The position numbers and the translations under genes are program-made. This document shows, piece by piece, positions 1 to 15,718 of a stretch of DNA of 64,000 nucleotides. This DNA comes from Tubiluchus corallicola (lineage: Eukaryota > Animalia > Priapulida). The notes below the pieces were generated by a model. The model was not told the origin of the DNA. It saw only the letters and a program-made list of their open reading frames with translations, and searched no databases. The stretch's first letter is position 1. Each line of letters begins with the position of its first letter. The stretch is taken from assembly GCA_030141605.1 (NCBI GenBank), contig JAQGDQ010000364.1:62001-126000 (forward strand). The letters are read 5' to 3'.

Positions 1-1182
1 TCGTCTACATCGATTGCGTAATGCAGAATACGAATTGTCATGCAATAAAAAGTTTTTCATATTACAGGAAGTCAATTAAATTTCTTTTGACCTCCCGCAT
101 AGACAAAAGAGTACACACATTAAACGCGCGCTGAAGAGATACCGATCATCAAAACTTTTCTCACACAGAGAAATATTTTAATCTTCTTAATCCCATTTGC
201 TTAGCCAAGAACTTTCCTAAACAGAAACATAGTCAAATCTTAACTTTAATTTAAACTAATTTTCCCAGCAAATTATTATGTTCGTATAACTTGCCCGAAA
301 TTAAGAAACTTCTTTCAATTAATATGCATGTCGTTGATTAAGCAGGCTGACCTGAACTTCCGCGTTCAATGGCAATTAGCAACCGTATCATTGCATGTTA
401 CGCAATACCATGGGAAAGTTCTCAGTAATACTCACAAATGGCAATAGTGTAATTTTAGTAGCATATTGATAGTGATTAAAACATATTTCTTAATGGAGAT
501 GATTTAGCATTTTATTTATTAACAGAACGTGATTGCTCGTTTACTATGACAAATGAAATCGCTCTCATTAACCCGTAGAGATTCTTCATTAGTTTAATTA
601 ATTATCACTGTTATTTTTTTGTAATGCACCATTAATCTTTCCTTGATTATCACCTATTGTTAAGCATTTTTTTCACTTTGTTACAAATCTGAGCATGCAC
701 AAGCACTTGTATAATTCCCACGCCTTTACATTCACGCTTGCTCAACCATCCACCTACAATACTTATAGCATATTTAACACCTGCAAAATCTCCGTAGCCG
801 AGTGGTCAAGGTTGTGGACACGCCCGCAACTGGTTTTCAAATGAGCGAAGGAGAAGAAGCAAAAAGTTTATTTTTTTTAAATATGGCAGCATTCATTTCA
901 AAAACATCTAGTGTATTACGAAAACATCAGAAATAAGTCACACGCATCACAAAAAAATCTATTCATACAAAAAACTGAGTGCTGGTACAGTATAACTCCT
1001 GCAGCAGTTCAGCTCGCAATATAGTACATGTGTATCGCAATATACTGCGTATACTGTAGTATTCATTGAGTGCTTGGTATACTACCCTAGAAGAAAGCGA
1101 TGTAGAGTGCATCATTCTATTGTTTATACTAGCTGCAACTTAAAAATGACAAATCAACTAGTGAACCAAATGACGTACATAT

Positions 1183-1521
1183 TAGGGGCGAGCATCGAAT
1201 GTTCGAGTCATTCGAACGTTGAATTCGATTCCAACGAGTTTTTTAAGTTTGAATTCGATTCGAACCTAAAACAATCGATTCAAATAATTCAGCACATCAA
1301 TCACATGCATTTTTTCTCAACAAGATGATTGCAACATGCAATTGTAGCATAATTTAGCTGAGATTTCTATTCACAATTTTAAACAAATTACATTATTTTA
1401 CTGCAGAGCAAAATCGAGTAATATGCATGGTCTCAATCTCAATTTGAATTTGATTCGTATTCGAAATACTGAAGTTCGGTTCGATTCGAATTTGTTTTCT
1501 GGTAGAGAATGCTCACCCCTA
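1183..1521. mobile_element. hAT-type MITE
   Basis: TIRs TAGGGGCGAGCAT / ATGCTCACCCCTA, 8-bp TSD GTACATAT on both sides, TTCGA-rich subterminal repeats; related fragments near 52350-52420 and 55500-55577. Confidence 0.85.
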
Positions 1522-1958
1522 GTACATATCCATTTAATTATCAATCAAGATTAGCAATAACTGTAGGCATTTTTCTGATATCAAGTCTACTTGCTGATCC
1601 GGACTTTTATTCACCATAGTACAAATATTCATCATTTCCGTAATATAAATGGATTTAGGCATATTATAATATAATTAACCTTGTAATATTCAGTATATAT
1701 TATAAGTTTTGCATTTACTCCCACTAATGCTTATGCTCGGTGATGTTACGTATTTTTGAAAATATGTACAATGTAAGAGGCGTGGATAATGATCCGCTAT
1801 GCTCGCAGCTTATGGTAGATGGCAGGGCATCAAAAAAAGTTATCGCATATTGCTTTAGTGTGAGATTGTAAAATTTTGTTATTGATACTGTCTTTCAGTT
1901 TTTGAACATTTGGATTTTTTTATATCGGATTAGATGAATTTGAAACAGAAAGCGAGGC

Positions 1959-4900
1959 ATGTTAATAAATTTGACTGTACTGAAGTTTGAAATTGAAAGC
2001 GGATTTTCCGTGTCGAAGGATTACTCGTATACAGGTAAATGGCAAAGTGGTCTTGAAAACATTAGAATAGAAAACTTATCTTTGAGCAGACAGCACAATT
2101 TTTATTAATTTTTAATAGGCTGAGTTTTTCGTTCGTATGGCCTTCCACATGCTCTAACCCATTGGTGACACTTGTCTAAATCGTTTTTTGGTTTGGTGAA
2201 ACTTATAAGTCGAACTCCTGGTCTTTTTGGATAGCGAACATCCACATTACACGTGCCCCAAGCAGAACGTTTCACCATTCTTCACTTTCTTTCACTATTA
2301 TTAACGAATTTTACCTGCACAATTTCTTTTGTGGCAAGAAAAAAGCAAAAAAATCATAAACGTACTCTTTAGCTGCATATTTCATATAGGCTTTAAGTGC
2401 AAATATTGCTGGGCGTGTGAGTAAGGGTCCAGGCCCCTACAATCGAAAAACAGTTAAAACTAAATAAGAGCATCTCATTGGCCATTGCGAGGTGGAACCC
2501 TGCTGGTTGATAGACATTCTGCGATCTATCTATTAAGTAACAGGCTGAGTTCCTCCAGTTTATATGCAATTTTTTGAGACGAAACAGTAAATGAAGCCGT
2601 TGTACTGCAGTCCCGCATTTATCGTGAATGTGAGCTGACCTTTTTAATTTAACAGCGATATGAAGTCCCGGTATGACTATTCCTGAAACTCTGGTGTGCC
2701 GAATTAAACTCACCAAAGTGACTACAAATCCCATATCCGAGAACAATTTCTGACAAAAACAATAGCTCAGTCGAAATAAAATTGACTGGCAGCCCTAATA
2801 AGTAATTCTGATATCTTACAAATCCTGCCCCCAGATTATTTTCGCCAGGATTGACCTTTCCAGGTTGTTTACGCGTCCTTTTGTAACATAAAAAAATCGT
2901 CTTTCACTACATATATTGTTATTTCTTATGCAGTTGTCATCAAATCTCGCCATTTATGTATAGAAGGGTTGACTTTCTGCCTTCTATTTAGCTCTCCGTC
3001 TGGAAGGAGGGTCTAGAGTTTCTATGCTGGGAAACTGTCAGCATCGCCGGTTGGATTTGAGTTATGCGGAGTTTACTGTATTATCATTTTCGTTGTTGTA
3101 AGAACCACACTTCTAACGTCTCTTTATGGGTCCATTTTTGACCACGTGCAGACAACTGGTGGAGATCAGCATTTGTGAGGTCCTATTTTTATATCTGAAG
3201 ACCTCTGGTTTACTGTTTTAGCCCCTAAGTACCTAATGACAGAAAGAAGCAGCCAGCGCAAATCTCCGACCTCCTCGAAGGTATCCTACGCAGCTGCCGT
3301 GTCAAGTGATGGTAATGTGGAGAAGCAGCAACTGCTACGTGATAGAGGAAAGAGGGAGATGCAAGATATCACCGTGGAAACACTTGTCATGGACGATGGT
3401 AAATTTTAAGTTCTGTATACAGAACATATAAATGGTAAATTATATATACACTTTATAACTATGTAATTGTGGTAGATATCTAATAGTGGTAGGCACTAAA
3501 ACTCAGCAAATTACTCATATAATGGATGTACTGGACTGTATTCTCTTTAAACTTTGGGCAGTTTATGAGTGGGCTATTAGATAGGACTTTGTTCTGCTTT
3601 TCTTGCTTAATGGCATTTTGACTCTCTTTTGTTAAAGGACAAGAAAACCTTTTATTTAAATAAAGCTAAAAAAATTTGCAATTTTGTGTCACCCATATGC
3701 GGTCTTTTTGCACACAAAGCTTGTATTATTAGCAATGCTGCATTGTCATGTATCTACAATACACTTTACAGCTGCTGCTGAAAATTAACATTGTTTTTAT
3801 CACAGGACGGTCAAGCACGTGCTAAACACCATTGACTCAGATTATCATTATACAGGTGCACGGTGACTTTGCACGTATCATATAGTAAAAGATATCATGA
3901 TACATTGACAAATCGTTACACGACTGTTATAACAATGTAATAGCATGTTTATTTGTTCAGCCCTAGATGACGGGGCAGTTGCTGCTGTTTCCAAGACGAC
4001 AGCTGATGCAGTTTCTCACAGAGGTTTAAAGGAAGCTGAGGATGTGTTTATCGATACAGGACCGGTTCCCGCTAGTCAGTTTAAATGTAAGTGTCGCTTT
4101 AGGTGTTTTTTCGTTTTATTTTGCCTGTTTGTATTTAGAGTTTTTGTCATTCAAGAGATATCTTGTCATTAGCTCGTTCCTGCACAAACACTAATAAGCC
4201 TTTTCACAGTTCCAGCAATTAATAATGATCATGAAAAGGTCAAAGGTTAAGTGTACCAGACAACGCATTTGTGTACACTTAACAATGCCTCGCAGTTCAT
4301 GCTGTTGCAGTAGTAACAGTTTTAACAGCTAGCTAGAACCTTACCTAGTTCATTTTTTCTTGTTCCCAAGCAAGATCGTGCTAGTAAAACAACGAAGTTA
4401 CTGAGCAGATGGAGCAGACAGCTTTGCTTTACACACATCACATGACAGTTATAGTTAAGACTCTTTCCTGTGGTACACTTAAGCTTTGACTTACATCACT
4501 CTGCGCATGGATTAATGCATAATTAAATAAGTCCACGTAAAACAAAAAACATTACCGAACTGATGCAGCAGACAGCTTTGTTTCACTCACACATTACCTG
4601 ACTGTTGCAATTAAGACTCGTTGCTGTGGTACACTTAAGCTTTGACCTATAGCAATTGCGCGTGTGCACAAAGAAACTATGAAAAAGCTTATTGAAGTAT
4701 CCCTCTTGGTTCAGTCTTGCTATCTGATAAGTAGCACAGTATTTTGAAGGATTGTTCACGGTCACACAAACATGGAGCATGTATCATGTATTTAACACAA
4801 TTGTCTGAAGATAGAATTGTGCTTGTATTGCATACAGTCAACCTCGGATATAAGGGACACCTCCGGACCGGAAAAAATTGTCCATTACATCCGATGTCCC

Positions 4901-7900
4901 TTATAGCCGAAGTTGAGTCTGACTGAGGGTGTATCTAGACCTGTGCTTTTCTGTACTTTTACCCATATTTTTATGGATTAGTGCTACACATTCAATGCAA
5001 ACAGTATGTAGGAAGCTCCTTCAGTGATGCGAGATGTATGTGGCTGCGGAAACCGAGCTGTTCGAAGGCCGAGTTTGCGAAAAATTGAGGTTAAAAATCG
5101 ATCAATTTCGCTTTGATCATAGGTGAGGTAATTTACCTGGGGTTATCCTGAAAATATCGTCCGTTGTAACCGAAACTCTCTTATATCCGAGTATATAATT
5201 GCACTTTCGGTTACGTTTCGGTTTCAGCAAAATGTATTAAATTTTGTAACTGAAATTTTGGATAATTTTCGGTAGCATTTTTCCGAGGTTTTACTAGTAT
5301 TTATCCAATTTACATTTTCTTTTCTCCTATGTGTCAAAAACTGCCGAAAAATCTTGGCTAAATTAGTTCAAATAAAGTAAAGATTCCGTTTACGTAACAG
5401 TTTGTGACGTGCTTTTATTGGCAATGCGGCGTAGCTTCAGTTTTAAAGTCTCCAGATTATTTCAGTATTGGTTTCCCATGTTTCTTAAATTTTGGTGTCG
5501 GTTTGTAAATTCAAATTTGGTAACATCCGTGATCACAATCATTATTTCATTATTTCACTAACTGAAAGCTTGAGTTCTCACTGCAGTCCAATTAAAGGCC
5601 AATACAACCCCAATAGACATTGCATTTTTTTTAAAAAAATATTATGATTACACAAAGAATTCATAATTATTACTTGATTTGATTGATTTGATTTAACGCT
5701 TTATTTCGAATCAATATTCATATTTACACCCACAAATAAAAAACGAACATGAAAAAATACATGCACCACAATTACACGATACCTACAACATTACATACTA
5801 CATACACAAAAGATAAAGATAAATTATCCAGTGATGCTTAGCACCAAAAAGTGCCTAACTATAATTACTACATAACAAGATCCTCCACGGTCTCCTAATG
5901 TCAGAAGTGTAAGCCACTTCGCTTTCAGTTAAAGCTTTAATTAATAAAGTTGTACTATACATTGCTCTCGTGTACAAACTGTAAGCCATTTTCCTATGTA
6001 TAACATCAAAGTATGTAACATTATGATTTACTGAAATTATTCTAGCACTCTCATCGTATGAATAAGTGAACAGTTTCCATTATGAGCTACTTTAAGTTTA
6101 GTTAAACTGTAGTTATCAAAGAATTTATTAAAGAAAAGAAATTTGTAAATTAAATATAATTTGCTGGCGAATATTGAATGCATATGTTGCTGTCAAGATC
6201 GCCACGTTTTGCTTCTTTGAGCGAGAACGACATACGTGGTGCAAAAAGCGTCATTGATTACGATCTTTGTTGACCCTATGGCTGCAAATTTAATACCGCT
6301 AATAACGAGGTGATAAAAAAATCAAATGAAACAAGTTTTACTGTGAGTTTATAATAAATTAAATTGAATATTCGTAATAAGAGTAGGATTTTAAATTGTA
6401 AATGTTTATATCATAGTGAGGGTTTAGTTTGACTTTAATTGTTCAAGGCGGTTGTATATCTAGATCAGGGGTGCGCAAATTATCTGACTAGCCGGGCCAC
6501 ATTAAACTTTCCCGCAATTCCTGCGGGCCACAGGCAGTTTGATCAAGGAGCCAAGTACAGAAAGGCCTAATAACGATTTTTTGCATCCGACCTGCGCACA
6601 TCATTACTACTACACTCAAGAAACCATTTTAGAAGTTATTAAAACTTATATTGCAAACCATATATTTCTACTTTCAGGACAGATAGTAGTAATTTCATTA
6701 CAATGCATATTAGTAATGTGTATCACACAGTCTGTGTAGTACAGTGACATTAAGCTACAACCGTCTTGTAAGGGTTAATGGCATCCGATCTAGTAGAAAA
6801 AACTAACCGCACTATCTTTAGGATCGTGGCACGGACTCCAGCTGGATACACTCAATTAATCGCCCGGGCCGCACTTTCGTTAGGTTGACAAATCTCTTCG
6901 GGGGCCGCACAAAATCTCTCGGCGGGCCGCAAGTGGCCCGCGGGCCGCAATTTGCACACCCCTGATCTAGATACTGAGCAAACAAAAACGCTCACATTTT
7001 CACTCGAAGTGTTTGATAGAAAGCAGTTGGTAATGCATCACTGTTCACTTGTTTTTTCAGTACAGAGAATGCGATCTAGTGATTGTTCATCTACAGACGA
7101 TCATTCGCATCGCTCCTCGTCTGAAGAACCACATACGCCCCGTCCCGCTAGCGGTAAAGTTCGACATCGGAGCGAAAGTCCAACAAGGGCGTCTGTTCCT
7201 GGAAAACTCCCTTTCTTTTGTGGTAATCCTGCTGTTGAAGTCATTCATGGAATTCTTCACATGTACAAAGAAAAGTGAGCTAATTAATTTTAACGATAGT
7301 TAAGTTTTAATGTATAAATAGCACACAAGATGTAATATACAGTTATACCTCTGTTTTCGACCATAATTCGTTGCTAAAAAGTGTTTGAAAACCGATTTGG
7401 TTGAGAACCGAATCATTTATTCCCATAAGAAATATTGTAAAAGCAAATAATCCGTTCTCAAGCACAAAATGAACTGCAAAGTATTACCAAAACGAAATAT
7501 AATAATGCAAAAATGTTTATTGAAACAGTAGATATATTATAATTGATAAGAAAACATAATAGAGTTGTTTAGAAAGAAAAATATAATTATTCCTGCATGA
7601 ATAAACCTTACGTGTTGGTAGCAGTGTGATGGCATAGGTAGGCAAGATCAGAAACATGTGTGTGACTACTCTCGGGCGCGGTCGGTTACGCTCGGCTCTA
7701 CTCGGCTAGCCTCGCATGCGTTCATCACGTGTTTGGCGGTTGGTCGAGTACCGAAATTCTGGTCGAGAGCGGAGACAATTTCAACTCGAATTTTCTTATC
7801 GAAAACCGATTTGTACGAGTACGGCGACTTTTGAAAACGGAGGTATGACTGTATCTCTGTATACATATATTATATTTCACGCTGTTTTTGTGCCCAGTTT

Positions 7901-10900
7901 GTTGACAGTTTAATGAGATGCTAAACATATTTAGTAAAACGCTAATTAAAGTAATTAAAGCACAAGAAGACCCTTTCATTACATAAAACTAAAAAAATTC
8001 GTATTGAAATTGTTTTATCCTTTACATTGTGTTTTATTGCATACAGAACTTGCATTAGCAACTAACACTGTATAAAACTTGTATATTTAAACTGCCGTGA
8101 TGACCGTTCAGCACAGCCATTTTAACGGCCAGTCATTGGCGACAAGTAGTTTACATACATAAAGTTTGAAAAGATAATCAAAGCATGTGCGACACACACT
8201 TTATTAACTAAGCAAAGGAATACATTACTTTATCTTGTCAGTAAGATTAAAAATACATTTTTTTGGTGAATCAGTGGTGCACGCCGGGAAGGGAGTCAGT
8301 TATATTTACCCGTTGGTGCGAACATTTTAAATTACTAACAATTTTCTTTTCTATTAATGTAAGTAGTATAACAAGTAAGCATAATGAGTAATATAATTTT
8401 GCGTGGAAAGTTTTTTGGGACATACTTTTAAATTGCCTTTTCTTTAAGTCTATTACTAATGTTATGGGCACTGTGTATCTAGTGAATTTATATTGTTGAA
8501 AATGCTGGTCTAGAAAATAATGTTGAAAGTGCTGGTCTAGTAAATAATGTTGAAAGTGCTGGTCTAGTAAATCATGTTGAAAGTGCTGGTCTAGAGAATA
8601 ATGTTGAAAGTGCTGATCTAGAGAATAATGTTGAAATTGCTGGTCTAGTGAATAATGTTGAAAATGCTGGTCTAGAGAATAATGTTGAAAGTGCTGATCT
8701 AGAGAATAATGTTGAAAATGCTGGTCTAGTGAATAATGTTGAAAATGCTGGTCTAGAGAATAATGTTGAAAGTGCTGGTCTAGAGAATAATGTTGAATGT
8801 GCTGGTCTAGAGAATAATGTTGAAAATGCTGGTCTAGTGGATAATGTTGAAAATGCTGGTCTAGAGAATAATGTTGAAAGTGCTGGTCTAGTGAATAATG
8901 TTGAAAATTCTGGTCTAGAGAATAATGTTGAAAGTGCTGGTCTAGAGAATAATGTTGAAAATGCTGGTCTAGAGAATAATGTTGAAAGTGCTGGTCCAGA
9001 GAATAATGTTGAAAGTGCTGGTCTAGAGAATAATGTTGAAAGTGCTGGTCTAGAGAATAATGTTGAAAGTGCTGGTCTAGAGAATAATGTTGAAAGTGCT
9101 GGTCTAGAGAATAATGTTGAAAGTGCTGGTCTAGTGAATAATGTTGAAAATGCTGGTCTAGAGAATAATGTTGAAAGTGCTGGTCTAGAGAATAATGTCG
9201 AAAGTGCTGGTCTAGAGAATAATGTTGAAAATGTTGGTCTAGAGAATAATGTTGAAAGTGCTGGTCCAGAGAATAATGTTGAAAGTGCTGGTCCAGAGAA
9301 TAATGTTGAAAGTCCTGGTCTAGGGAATAGAGAGGGCGCAAAATTCTGCTGGAGTTCAATGACAGTTAATTATTAATTACTAATCCGACATTAACAAAAG
9401 TTTTCAAACTACAACAAAATTGCCTAGTCAATGATCATCGTTGCTCACTTAATTGCCACATACAGCCTAGAGAAAAAGCTAATGTTGTTACCTTACGGTG
9501 TGTGAGGGTGTTACCTTACGGTGTGTGAGGGTGTCATGTGGCTTAGCAGATTGATAATTTTGGGAGAAACAGTGACGTTTCTCTAAATGCAGATTGTATT
9601 ATTGTGAAAAATTGTAGTGTTGTGTATCTTTCATAATCTTTGCATGTCTTAATGCTGGAACTGAATGTTTGATGAACTGTCGCGTTATGAAATAACTTGT
9701 GCGTAGAACAGTGTTATTTTGGTGCAGCACCGCAAACTAATCTCAGGGTGATTCATTTATGTTTATCACATCACATTGAAAAGGAAAGTCCAGCTTAGTG
9801 ATGCAAAAAATGCTCACAGCTTCACCCATGCTCACAGCTAAACAAAAGATTAAAACATTAAAGGGGTAGGGCACCAGAAGTTTTTTGCCCCCGGGCACCA
9901 CAAGCTCTTACTATGCCACTGCAGTTCTACGTATCAGTAACGTGTAGAGAAATCCATCAGACAGGTTATCATCCGTGTTTATCAATCTGCATCGTACTAG
10001 TTTTTGTATTTAATCTTTTACCAAAATAAAAGATGATTTTCATCGGTATTTTCCACGAATGTTTTAGCCAAACGACGTCAGTAAAAGATGAAGTTTTACG
10101 AAGTGAAATGATTTGCATGCTCGGAGTACCTGCCTCCATGTCGGCGCACGATATCTTGCAATTTACTGCACCAGTGAGGTAAACCATTAGCGCATTAGCG
10201 CCATCTATTACTGGATAAAATTGCTCAGAACAGTTAGCCTTGCTTTAGGTGCATCTGTTATTGAAGAAAACGTAACAATGTTTGCATTCAGAACAGCCAC
10301 AAAAAACTTTGTTTCTGTCTTACCTCGTGGGCTCAAAAAATGTTTGTAGGGAGGGAGGAAAAATTTTTTGAAAGCTTTGCGAACGTTTAAAGATGAATCG
10401 TGGAATGTTTAAAAATCATTTGAAATCAAAGTTTGTTTATTTCCGACTGGTTAGCAATAATGTTCTAATTTTCTCGTGGTTTGTTTTTTTAGTTTTTTTT
10501 TTTGTTTTACATTAGTAAATTATCGATTTTTATGTGAATGACAATCTTGTGAAAAATGCCAAGAGTTGCAGAGAAACATGGCTGTGCCCTCCCCAAAAGA
10601 ACAATGTCATAATAATTATTGTTATTTATGACTTAAATTAAAAAACATGCTTTTATGTGACTGCACAAGATAAGTGTATGATTAAAGGAAAGAACAAGTC
10701 ACTCGGCATGGTGAGTTTATTTTACTGTTATCACTTAAACTTAGGAAAACATAACAAAGAACTGTCTTTGAATCATAAAATAATTTTATACTACCTCTGT
10801 ATAGAAATTTTCTGGTTTGGTGATAGCCACCATTCGCTTGAAAATTGTAATGACATAACTGGTGGATTTTGTGGCTTTTTGTAAGAGCATTGTGGCTTCC

Positions 10901-13900
10901 CTTGAAGCAAACACTTTTTAAACTAATTCAGACTTCTGCAGGTTACCTATTGTTCATGGAAGAATTGCGCAAAATTAACTAAATTATTGTAAAAACTTAT
11001 TATAATTTTGACAGTGCTTGCTTTTTTTACATGTGATGAATGAGGTCATTGGTGGAAGAATTAGCGTTCAAAATGGGAGCTCCTAAGCACGATATTAAAT
11101 GATCATGACATTAAAGTGATTTTACTAATTACACGAGGCACCGCACCCTCATTAGTAAATACTTCTGGGAAGTTGGACTTATTTCAATGCTTGCAACAAA
11201 TGTTAGAAGTATTTACTAATAAAGGCTTGACTTTTCCTTTAAATGCCGGATTTTATCAAATATTTATCAGTTTGAGTATGTTTACCTTCTGTCGTTTTTT
11301 GTTTATTTTCAGACCTAATATTGAATACATACGTATAATCCGTAATTCCACGCCTAACCAGTACATGGTTCTCATCAAGTTTAAGGATCAAACCCAGGCT
11401 GACGAGTTCTACAAGGCTTTCAATGGCATACCACTGAATTCACTCGAACCTGATCTGTGCCATCTCATTTATGTGGCCAAAGTAGAAGTTCAGGGCTCAG
11501 CAGAGGTGTGTATGACTCTAGGTGTGGTAATTCATGCTATTGGACAGAAGAAAAGTATTTAAAGGAAAACTGGATGATTGTGTAAACAAGATTTTTTGTA
11601 TTGTATATATTTTGCCACTAATAAGTAGGAATGAATGAATATATTATCAGTAAGATCATTCATATGCTTTTGGTGAATCAGTGGTGCACACTGGGATGGC
11701 GATGCTTCTATCAGGTGGCACAAATATTTTAAATTTTTGAGTATTTTGTTTTTCCGTTATGCAAGTCTATCAAACTGGAAAGAGTAATGTTAAAGCAAAG
11801 CCGGATGATTGTGTAAACACGAGTTCAGAATAAAGAATGCTCTAAAATATTGAAAACTACAGCAGCTTATTTTAAATCAAAGCTTAGATTAAATAATAAT
11901 TACCTCGGATACTCAAATTTCGTTAAACTTTCAAAGCTACGCACGGCTTAGTGAATCTACTAAGATTGGCAGCGGCACCTTTTTGTCACATTCGCTTGGC
12001 CAACAGATAGAAGGCGGTACCGTGATAACTATAATCATGAACTGCAGTGTTAGTTTCTGACGTCATATGATATAGAGCCCATTTTTCGTGAAATCATGCG
12101 TTTAAACAGTACTGTAACACTTATGCAATTGTAATTGATGCACAAGGAAGATGCCTGCCATTGCACAAACTGTGGTTAGTTTCTGACGTAAGCAATAGCT
12201 GTGTTCGGTTGCCGTTAATTAACTTTCTAGGTTAATTATTCAAATATAAGGAACAATCGTTGACTTTTATAGGCAAGAAAATGTATATTTTGGACAGTAA
12301 ATTAAAATGAGATTGAGTCTAAGCAATCGTCCGGTCTTCCTTTAATTACTCTAAATATTTGTTGTATTTTCATTATACTTTTTTAACTCTTGCCTAGTGC
12401 CTAGGTATTCTAGTTAAAATTGTTAAATGTTCCTCTTTACTGTTTAAATTTCCATTGGTTTCTACAGTCTTTAGGAATGCATAATCTCTGTACCTGTTGT
12501 CACACCTGATTTCATCTGTAGTTTTGGTCACTTGGTTTTCTGCTTTTCAACATGACACTACTTCACTGTTTATGTAGACATTTCAGAATAAAATCTTAAA
12601 AACTAAATTCCAATTTTTTTTTGGGTTTCTTGAAACCAGCTATCGTTACATAACATAATGTTTTCTACATAACTCAGCTGAAATTATATATCATAATTAT
12701 CGATTTTTTTCCATCCAGACACATTGGCACCATTGATCCGAAAAGAAATGTTGAAATTTTCAATTGATTACTCAAGTTAATTATATTAAACGAGAAAACA
12801 TTTTGTTGATATGGCTGGTTAGCTGTTCCTCAAGGCTCATTATACTAACTGTATATAAGAGGCGCTCGAGCGAGTAATGTTGTGCTGTCTCTCACGAAGA
12901 GCCACAAGTATAATTTGTTTACCAAACTTTTGTTGTCTCGTAGAAATGATAAATGTGATGAGGCACACGAGAGAGTAATGTTGTACCGTCTCTCAGAAAG
13001 AACCACAAGTACATTTTGTTTACCAAACTTTTGTTGTCTCGTGGAAATGACAAATGTGATGTAACAGGATTTATCGACTAATTCTAGTTTTTGTTGCTTT
13101 AAGTGAGTTTACTGGATTATGTTTCAGATTCTGGGTTGTTCTGACGCTGGTTTGACAGAGTTACCGACATGTCCGGTGTGCCTGGAGCGTATGGTGAGAT
13201 TTCTTACTATCGTAACTGCATGACATATTTTGTGCAATATTTGCTCAGTTGATTTTAGCTCTAACGATCATTCAATTCAATCGTTTTATTTCGCATAAAA
13301 AACAAATACTTATGCATCATTATAACTCAAATTTTCGTTAATACAACAAAATTAAGATACAATTCTTGAATTTATGTTTAAACTGATTGGGCCAGAAAAG
13401 GACCTGTAAATGCAGATATTGAGAACTTATTTATCATTTTTATTGTACATTTTTGCATAAGCAAAAGGAGGACATGGGTTATATAATTAACATACGACAG
13501 ACGTGAATAATTGTGTCAGCGTTGCAGTGATACGTTTTGTCGTGCAGTGTAGTGTGAACACGGCTTTACTATTCTAAAAAACTCAAATATATTGATTTAC
13601 ACTGACTATTTCTAAACAATGAAATCTGAATGAAAAATTATTGATTTTTTAAAATGAAGATGTTTTGATTAGTGTCCCATTTCAATACTTTCGTGAAAAT
13701 CGTTGATTTTATGCTAAATTCATTTTAAATTGTGTCAGCTTTCATAGGCTCTGCCATTCTTCATAGTGTGCGATTCTTATCACTAAAATATTTAACTTTT
13801 GATTATTGATTTGGAATCTAGACAAATACATTTTCTGCACACAGATAGTTTTATAATTTCCAATTTGTAGTTGTGAAGTTGGAAGTCTCTTTAATGCAAG

Positions 13901-15634
13901 ATCATGTTTTGGTTATCAAAATCTGCTTGTGCCTGGTGCAAAGTTATGTCATTTGTAACAGTACTTACTAAGTATTTGCTCGAACTTACTAAGAAGACAT
14001 GTATGCTGGCCAAGACTAGCATTAGTTTGTTCTTTGAAATGCATCTATGTCTGATTTGGGATATGCTTTGAATAGAAAAACTACAGGGACGTCTAGAAAT
14101 AAAATGACCAAAGAAAATACTAAACCAGGAGATTTGTTTATTAAAGTCAAGGCAGAGAAATAGACAATTAAAATCAAAAGGAGAAGATTAAGGTGGATAG
14201 GACATGTTATGCGAGTACTAGATGGATAGGACATGTTATACGACTACTATATGGATAGGACATGTTATACGACTACTATATGGATAGGACATGTTATGCG
14301 ACTACTAGATGACAGCCCATTAAAATTAGCTTTCAAAGAAGCACTGCAGAAAGAAAAGAAGCCGTAAAGAGGACAGCTGCTGACTTACATCAATTTCATC
14401 CAAAAAGATCTTATCAACACACCATTAGATATCAAAAATACAGAGACATGGGAGGTTGAGGGTGACAGGGTAGCATGGAGTTAATAGGAAGTTGTGGGTG
14501 ACAATGACAGGGCAGCATGGAGTTAATGGGAGGTTGCGTGTGACAGGGCAGCATGGAGTTAATCAGAGGTAGTGGGAGACAATGACAGGGTAGCATGGAG
14601 TTAATGAGAGGTTGCGGGTGACAGGGCAGCATGGAGTTAATCAGAGGTAGTGGGTGACAATGACAGGGTAGCATGGAGTTAATGGGAGGTTGCGGGTGAC
14701 AGGGCAGCATGGAGTTAATCAGAGGTAGTGGGTGACAATGACAGGGTAGCATGGAGTTAATGGGAGGTTGCGGGTAACAGGGCAGCATGGAGTTAATCAG
14801 AGGTAGTGGGTGACAATGACAGGGTAGCATGGAGTTAATGGGAGGTTGCGGGTGACAGGGCAGCATGGAGTTAATCAGAGGTAGTGGGTGACAATGACAG
14901 GGTAGCGTGGAGTTAATGGGAGGTTGCAGGTGACAGGGCAGCATGGAGTTAATCGGAGGTAGTGGGTGACAATGACAGGGTAGCATGGAGTTAATAGGCG
15001 GTTGCGGGTGACAGGGCAGCATGGACTAACTGAGGGTCATGTCAGAGGACGCATGACTCTAAAGAAGATGATGATGAGCTAGAATCGAATGTTTTTTGTT
15101 TTATACAAATAGAATTTTACAGTTCATGCATTTATTGCTTTATTTTAGGATGAATCTGTGAACGGAATTCATGTATTTATTGCTTTGTTTTAGGACGAAT
15201 CTGTGAACGGAATTCTAACTATTCTGTGTAATCATTCGTTTCACGATGGCTGTCTGTTCAAGTGGTCCGATTCAACGTAAGTGTTTTGCATTTTCATTGT
15301 TTTGTAACTGATCATTTATACAGTGGATTACGAAATTTAATAGTTTATTTAATAGCAGAAATGGTGTTGTTGGCAAGATCAGAAACCTTTTGTTAAGTGC
15401 AATGAAACGAAAGCAAGTGTTACTGACATCTTCACAAGTCAGAGCACACATTCCTTCCAAGTTTAGAGTTGTCTGTCTGAGTAAAATTCTTTCCACGTTT
15501 TCCCCTTAGATTTGATAATAATAATAATAATACGTAATAATAATAATAATCATAATAATAATAATTTCAGTAATAATTCTTTGAAAGCTAATTTTAATGG
15601 GCTGTCGTCTGGTAGTCATATAGTATGTCCTATG

Positions 15635-15665
<31 letters not shown>

Positions 15666-15675
15666 TGATGATAAT

Positions 15676-15718
<43 letters not shown>

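Noticed and set aside
436-464. Possible minus-strand first exon MLLKLHYCH with GTGAGT donor
   Set aside because: Too short, with no supporting downstream exon in the window.
790-830. tRNA-like start GTAGCCGAGTGGTCAAGG
   Set aside because: Only an A-box/D-arm; no anticodon arm, T-arm or acceptor stem. Probably a SINE relic.
3806-3855. AG...GT-bounded possible BRAP exon
   Set aside because: Stop codon in the required phase; exon 2 joins exon 3 correctly without it.
8271-9376. Long ORFs on both strands (362 and 242 aa)
   Set aside because: Artefact of a 27-bp unit lacking stops in two frames; intronic in BRAP.
14432-15022. Pro/Cys/His-rich 196-aa ORF
   Set aside because: Antisense translation of the 78-bp minisatellite.
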